A stretch of 64,000 bases of DNA from the human T2T-CHM13v2.0 reference genome, Homo sapiens: the NCBI RefSeq assembly GCF_009914755.1, contig NC_060939.1. One strand, written 5' to 3'. The position numbers and the translations under genes were made by a program. The notes beneath the pieces were generated by a model. The model was not told the DNA's origin. It saw only the letters and a list, made by a program, of their open reading frames with translations, and ran no database searches. Position 1 is the stretch's first letter. Each line of letters starts with the position of its first letter. This document shows positions 56,595 to 64,000 of the stretch, one piece after another.

Positions 56595-57363
56595 AGCCAT
56601 TTTCAAAGACAGTTTGGTGTCTTTTACAAAGCTATATGTAGGCTTACCATACCTTCCAGCAATTGCACTGCTGGTTTTTTATGCAAATAAATTGGAAATG
56701 TATATCCAAAAGAAAATCTGCACATCATGTTTATAGTAACTTTATTCACAATTTCCAGTAGTTGGAAGCAACCAAGACATCCTTTCAATAGGTGAATGGA
56801 TAAAGAAAAATATCCATATACTGGAGTATTATTCAATGATAAAAAGAAATGAGCTATCAAGCATTAAAAGTGATGGAGGAAGCTTAAATACATATCACTA
56901 AATGAAAGAAGCTAGTCTGAAAAGGCTGTATGTTGTATGATTCCAGCTATTTGAAATTCTGTGAAGAGACCGTAAAAAGGTCAGTGGTTGACAGAGGTTT
57001 GGGATAAAGGAGGGAGAAATGTGTAGATGGAATACAGGGTTTGTGTGTGGGTTTTTTTTTTTTTGGCAAAGGGATTATTCTATATGATACTGTAATGAAA
57101 GATACATATCATTATATATTTGTTAAAATCCATAGAATGCACAACTTAAAGATTGAACCCTAATGTAAACTATGGGATTTAGTAGACCATAATGTATCAA
57201 CATTGACTCATTAATTCTGACAAATGGACCACACTATTGCAAGATGTTAATAATAGGGGAAACTGAGGGAGGGGGGATGAGGAGGAAGGGTTATAGGGGA
57301 ACTTTATTTTTTGTGCAATCTTTCATAAATGTAAAACTGCTCTAAAAATAAAGTTTTAAAAAA
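56595..57363 (+). mobile_element. L1MC1-3-like 3' end
   Basis: GAACCCTAATGTAAACTATGG..AAGATGTTAATAATAGGGGAAACTG..AAAACTGCTCTAAAAATAAAGT. Confidence 0.85.
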
Positions 57364-58269
57364 GTAAAATAGGCTAAACAATGATACACGCTTTGGCATA
57401 AAGAAGTGAGGCTGCAGATATCTGAGGGAAGGGGAACATGATAGAAGGAGCCTTGGAAGCAGAGGCATGAGGACTCCTACAGGGTTTGAGAAAGAGCAAG
57501 ATGCCAGGGTCACTGGGGTGGGTTCGCTATATGGATTACAAAACTCCAAATCCAGAAGAAAGAAGTGGCTTGCTTGAGGTCGCACAACTATCCACTTTCA
57601 GATAGGTCAGATAGAAACTCAATTGTTCTCTTGACGATGAGCAGTCTCATGTCATCCAAAGGAGGCCCTCCACTCAGTTTTGAGGCTGCAGTGTGCACTG
57701 TTTAATGGGACAGACAAGAAACCATGCAGCAGGATGTTCATAGCTGTTGTGATTCCCCACAAGTTCTCTTTATACTCTAGCATGGGTATTTGCCTTCTCC
57801 CCTCAACCTGCAGACCATGTGGTTTTACTTTATTTCTGAACCAAACTCAGGATTGAAATCCCAACCTCCTGTTATTAAACCAAAGGAGATAAATCATCTT
57901 AAACTACAAACCCCTTAGTAATAATAAAAAAAAGAGTGGTAGAAATTTTAGCTCTTGGTGGAAAATCAGAAAGCAGGGGTAATAATTGATTTCATTTACA
58001 ACATGACTGGAGGCACAAGCAGATCTAAAACAAGACAGAGTTGAGAGAACAAATGTAGTCTTTTTAAAAGTTTCATCTAAATGTCTTCCCTGTATTTCAG
58101 ATGTGAGTGTCAGAGGCCCTTCCCTAATTACAACAAGGCAAGTGCATCTTAGAAGAATTTGGATTGGCAAATGTCCTGATGTGTGCCAAACTTTTAAAAT
58201 AGTCCTTGGGTGCAAACAGAACGCCAAAATAGGTCTGCCTGCTTGAAAATGGCATCAACCCAATTTCCA

Positions 58270-58453
58270 TTTATATCCCAGCTCAACTAGCCTACCTAAC
58301 TGCTTAGAAGAGTTATCCAGCCTCTTTTTCACTCTGGAAAATAATATTAATAGCTGTTTCCTAATAGGGGTTGAGAAAGATTAAAGCAATATGGTACATG
58401 TAAAATACCTAACACAGTGCCCGCCATAGAGTAAATGCTCATTAAACGTGAGC
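58270..58453 (+). mobile_element. MIR SINE
   Basis: GATTAAA..CATGTAAAATACCTAACACAGTGCCCGCCATAGAGTAAATGCTCATTAAA. Confidence 0.7.
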
Positions 58454-58556
58454 CTAAAAATGGACCTACTGACAATGTTTCTCTTTACTGTCATCAACAA
58501 AGTAATAATGGAAGAGGAAGAAATGCTTCCATGAAGCCAAACAAAAAGCTTTATAT

Positions 58557-58991
58557 CATAGTTCTTCTTTATCTGTAGTTACTCTTTCCACATTTTCAGT
58601 TATCTGAGGTCAATGGTGGTCTGAAAATATTAAATAAACAATTCTAGAAATAAATAATTCACAAGTGTTAAACACTGTACCACAATGCTTAAGTCATTCA
58701 CCTCACCTCAACTCATTACTTGGCATTTTGTCATCTCACATCATCACAAGAAGAAGGGTGAGTACAACACAATCAGATATTTTGAGAGAGAGAGAAAAAA
58801 AGAGAGAGACCACATTGGTAACTTGTATTACAGTATATTGTTATAATTCTGCTACTTTGTTATTAGTTTTCTTGTTACTCTCTTGCTGTGCCTAATTTAT
58901 AAATTAAATTTATCATAGCTAGGTATACACAGGAAAAATCAGTATATATGGGGCTTAATGCTACCCTTTGCAGATAAGGGGGAGGCTACCG
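58557..58991. mobile_element. MER44-family (Tigger7-derived) element
   Basis: GGTGAGTACAACACAATCAGATATTTTGAGAGAG..TGTGCCTAATTTATAAATTAAA; degenerate terminal repeats TAGTTCTTCTTTATC / GATAAGGGGGAGGCTAC. Confidence 0.85.
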
Positions 58992-59459
58992 TGTAGCTTT
59001 TTGATTCTCAAATTGTGATTCTTGTATTTCTAATACTCCATAAACTGTTAATAGTTACCCCATCATCAAATATACTTGAGTAAAAATCAGTAAAAACACA
59101 CAAACAAAAAAACTGGGCTTCTTTACTTTTTGAAGATTTGAAGAAGTCAGTATTGAATAAATAAAATGGAATGACATGGCTTGGCCTAAATTTCAGAAGG
59201 ACAAGTCCGCCAGCATTGGGAAAGGTGGCTGGAAGGTCGGAAAAAACACAGAAAGTGAGAAAGGCCATGGGAATGGCCACAAGGCTGCGAGAAACACCAA
59301 AAATGCGGAAGAGACAGGAGGTTGTTCAGTGAAATGCCAGCGGTGTAAGAAAGGGAGAAGTCAGCTTCCATTGTCTTTGGAATGCAGTAGTAAAATCTAA
59401 GATATAGAATAAGTAAGGAAAGAAGACAATGAAGAGAAAAAGAAGGAAGAAGAGGAAGA

Positions 59460-59660
59460 TTTGCCTTGAGTTCCTATTCTGTACCAGAAGCTATTAGATC
59501 CCCATTTTACTTTGTCCTTGTATTTCCAAAAAATAGATGTGTATTTATTATCTCCACTTTGCAAAAGAGAAAACTGAGCCTCAGAGGAATTGGTAACTTG
59601 CCTGTTCCCTTGAGCTAGTGAAGAGTGGAGCTAGCTTTCAAATCATGCCCTTTACTCTAC
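59460..59660 (-). mobile_element. MIR SINE
   Basis: TATTATCTCCACTTTGCAAAAGAGAAAACTGAGCCTCAGAGG..GTAACTTGCC. Confidence 0.75.
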
Positions 59661-60242
59661 TACAACTCTCTGCCCCTCTGTTTGCTCATGATATGGCAGC
59701 TTCATCCCAGAACGACTGGGCTAACTATGAAAAAGGCTAATACCTTTTATTGAACCATGTTAACTTCAGAGAGTCTTAGCATTAGCCTGAAATTTTGCTC
59801 TGATTACTGTCAAATGTCTTTTGAGTATGATTCCCTGCTTGGAGCAGCAGAGACTAACTCTGTTTTTTAATAGAAGTTATACCCCTGAACTGACATAACA
59901 GAAAAGGTACTGCACTCGTGTCTTGCTACTCCTGAACCTCCATTCCTGAGAATGTGTCATACAGTTCTATAGCACTCAAAAGTATCCAATAAAAGCAAGA
60001 GCTAGTTTGGAACACTGAATTTTAGTGATCAAGTTGGTAGAACAACAACAAATTTTAAAATGTGCTAGAGGTAACGTGTGCTTTGTTGGACAAAGGGCCG
60101 ATGGGAGTTTCTGGCAATCTGGCCCATGGCAGATTGCCTGTTCACCTCGAACCTGTGGAATGACCTGCAATGTTGCATGAGCAACAGGTCTGACCTACTG
60201 TGTATGGTGTTTGTGAAGATCAGTTAATCAAATATTATATCA

Positions 60243-60995
<753 letters not shown>

Positions 60996-61104
60996 TCAAT
61001 GAAGATACATCTGCATAATACATATAAACACACCTCAACCCTACAACAATGTAACTCTTTTGGTTTTCCAATGTATCACCTAATCCTATGGTGTAGGGGT
61101 GCAC

Positions 61105-61280
61105 ACTAGTACTTAGGAGACTCAGAGACCAGGATTCACATTCGGGCCTTGCACCCACTCTCTGAGAGGATGGTCTTGAGAGAATTTGCTTCATAAAGCT
61201 GAGTAGTACCATTTTCCTTGCAGTGAAACGAGAATAATGACGCCCAGTTCATGGGGTGCTGTAGAAATAAATGTAAATCG
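61105..61280 (+). mobile_element. MIR SINE
   Basis: GACTCAGAGACCAGGATTCACATTC..GTGAAACGAGAATAATGAC..TCATGGGGTGCTGTAG. Confidence 0.6.
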
Positions 61281-61344
61281 CCGAACTAGCATTTCATAAA
61301 CACGTAATCTCTCACCAGAACAGAAAGAATGCAAAAACACTTAC

Positions 61345-61487
61345 CTTGCAATGGTCAGTGAGGAAGGGGCTACTAATTACTCCAGAGCCAACTGATTTGC
61401 CCAGCTTCATCAGGAGTAAGACTAGTAGGACCTGAATCCACACCTCTTGCCTAGAGGATCTGGCCACACCTGCGGCAACCCTTCTTC
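61345..61487 (-). ncRNA. Candidate non-coding exon (143 bp), partly MIR-derived
   Basis: Acceptor TTTGTTTTCCCCCTAACGGTGCTTGCAG| and donor CAAG|GTAAGT; splice-site prediction only. Confidence 0.4.
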
Positions 61488-62079
61488 CTGCAAGCACCGT
61501 TAGGGGGAAAACAAAGTGTAATGTCAAAATACACTTGGCTGTGTCATAACCCCAGTGTAATATGACACAATGTAAATTTAAATTACACAGTGTGCTTTAG
61601 TGGAGAAGACCAGAGACATTAGGGAGACCTCAGAGTAATTAGCAGCTAATGCAATTCAGGCAGGCACAGAGTAACTAACTCCTATGGTCGTCAGCATTTA
61701 TGCCCACTCAGAGGGCAGCCCCTTTATGTAAATATAAAAGGATAATTACCACGGGGAAAAAAAAAATGAAGCAGGTATTGCTTATTGCAGGGATGCAGAG
61801 GAGCGGGGCTTTGGATGTACAAAGCAGCCCGGGAACCTGCAGCCACTTCAAAGAGGGGCAGAGTGTGAAACCGGGGGATCGAACCCCTCCATGCCCAGCA
61901 CGCAACAGTAGGAAACGGACACACGCAGCGACGATGTTGCTTGAGCTTATTTATAGACGCTTTCCTTCGTCTCTTCTTTAAACATAAACAAAAGGGGAGA
62001 GTCACAGCACTGATTGGCTTCATCAACAGCATGTGGAATAAATTTTGCCTGATGACAGGCTTTCAGCTATTTTGCCACC

Positions 62080-62460
62080 ACTGGGCGCGGACGCTGCGCT
62101 TAGCAGAGCCTGTTTGCCAGCGGCGGGCTCCCTGAGACCCCGGCAACTGCACAGGTGAACGGGGAAGTGGAAGGAGCAGCCCTGCTAACTGAGAAGGGGG
62201 AGCACTTTACAAACACCATTACGAGAAACGTGAGAAGTGCAACGTGGCAAGAACCGGGCAGCACCTGGTGTCAGCGGCTAATTGTGTTTTAAGGTGGCGT
62301 GTTAGACCAGCGCGCGAAGGGCAACCCGAGCCACCGCACTTGCCTTGCAGGCGCCGCGTCCTCTGACACGGGCTCGGATTACAGGAGGGACCGGCGCGGT
62401 GGCAGCAGCCCCCGGGACTCACGTTCCACTCAGATGGACGCACGCACAGATGACGAGCCT
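62080..62460. promoter_or_regulatory. Small CpG-island-like region (candidate promoter/enhancer)
   Basis: About 32 CpG counted by eye in ~380 bp; GC-rich and non-repetitive in a CpG-depleted window. Confidence 0.75.
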
Positions 62461-63294
62461 TTATCTTCCCCTTGCAGTGCTGGGACAGGACTCTTTTTGC
62501 CACTTGCACACCAATGTCTGGTGAAAAGAAGAAAAATGAATTCAAAGGCTATATTAGATTTTAACATGTTCGAAAAATATTTAAAAAGGAAGAAGGCAAA
62601 AGAAGAAAGGGAGGGAGGAAAGGAGGAAAGGGAAAAGGACAGAAAAAGAAGAAAGAGGGAAAATGAGTTTTGTATACATACGTTTTTTTAAATTACAATC
62701 ACTTCTATTTTCTATAAGGCATGGTAATTTTCATAAATGTCCCCCTTCCCACAATTATTATTATTTTGTAAAAATAATATTATTTCTTAAAATAATATTT
62801 TTACAGAATAATAGTGGGGAGGGGGGCATTTATGAAAATTTCAATTGGATATAAACTTCTGTAGTAGAAATTAATTCAAATCTCAGAGAACATTGGGCCT
62901 TGAATGCTCTAATATTCCATTCCAAACTCTAATATAATATGCATATGCCCCTGGAAAATTAGCATTCCACCAAAAATTTATATTTACAGAGGCAATTATC
63001 AGACACACACAAAAAACTGAATAAGGTGGAATATTTCATCTAGTCTTTAATGAGTAACAGCTCGTGGTCTGTGATAGACATACTGTGTTAAACTAACAAA
63101 AGTCAAAAACAATTGTAAAAATAGATTAAATTTTACATGAATAACAATGTAATATATTTTGACTGGTCCTAATTTTCTAACTACTAGTATCCTGGAAATG
63201 TTCTTGAAAAACCTATGAATTCTTAGGAGTTTAGTTTTGAATGTAAGTCTAAGGATATATAGGTAAACCTAAAGCAGTTTCATTGAATGTGATA

Positions 63295-63505
63295 GACACT
63301 GTGGTTGAAAGATGAGAGGTTTAGAAGCAAGGCAGTTCAAGACTTTTGTCTCATTTGCAATACTTGTAAGCTGTGTGACTTTAAGCCGCTAACCTAACCT
63401 CTCTGAGATTGTCTTCATCTGTAGTTTATGAAAAATATGTCCATTTTGTAAGGTTAGAAGGATAGAAAAAAGATGTATAAAGCTCTAAGCACAGTGCCTT
63501 GTATT
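63295..63505 (+). mobile_element. MIR SINE
   Basis: TACTTGTAAGCTGTGTGACTTTAAGC..CCTAACCTCTCTGAG..CTTCATCTGTA..AGCACAGTGCCT. Confidence 0.75.
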
Positions 63506-63718
63506 CAACTCTTCCCTTTTTTAATTCCTAGGAGTAGTAGTATTATTTAGGAGAAAAGTAAATATCTTTGACTTTTAAAATAGACATTCAAAAATACCTC
63601 AAAAAAGGACTAAGTGCATTAATATATTCTTCTAAGTTCAAGCAACAAATATAAATGACAGTATCTCTCTCATTTGCCTCAAGATAATGTAAATTCCATA
63701 AGCAGACATGAGACTTAC

Positions 63719-63955
63719 CCCAAAGTGGATCTATATAAGTGCTTATCCCCAGGGATATAGTGTATATGTAACTTGATGCCTCTGTTACTGTTGTAATTGG
63801 GGAAAAGGAAAGCCATCGTTGTGTGGAAAGAAGCTGAGGCTCTCTGCAATGTCAATGAGGTAGAATCAGAATGACATTTCCAGCATAATGTTGGCCAATT
63901 ACATGTTGGAAATATGTATGCACTGCTCTGAACCACCTGTCATGTGCCTAGGTTC
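63719..63955 (-). ncRNA. Candidate non-coding exon (237 bp)
   Basis: Acceptor TTCTTTTTGGCGACTGCCTCCTGTTCCCTATTAG| and donor GGG|GTAAGT; early stops in all three frames. Confidence 0.38.
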
Positions 63956-64000
63956 CTAATAGGGAACAGGAGGCAGTCGCCAAAAAGAATAGTGAAAATG

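Noticed and set aside
61860-61940. tRNA gene
   Set aside because: Only a T-arm/B box is present; no acceptor stem, D arm or A box.

Overview
AT-rich primate genomic DNA, most likely human or another ape (AluY and an HML-2 LTR5A solo LTR are present). It is intergenic or deep intronic, and a large share is transposable-element relics: L1PA/L1MA/L1MB/L1MC/L1ME fragments, Alu/FLAM, MIR, L2, MaLR and ERV LTRs, and MER DNA transposons. I can support no intact protein-coding gene, rRNA, tRNA or CRISPR array; the ORF track is explained by disrupted L1 frames, Alu or microsatellite read-through, and chance. The best-supported structures are insertion histories with visible target-site duplications (TSDs): an LTR5A-in-THE1D-in-L1PA nest, an Alu inside an Alu, three 5'-inverted L1s, and a ~208-bp copy of an L1's own 5'UTR placed into its ORF1. 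The unexplained non-repeat signals are an ungapped 89-bp duplication 909 bp apart that keeps a minus-strand splice acceptor in both copies, a chain of candidate minus-strand non-coding exons, and a small CpG island at ~62.1-62.5 kb beside a lone Pol III B box. I found no convincing novel biological system. Repeat subfamily names come from recalled consensus sequences and need RepeatMasker/Dfam confirmation.
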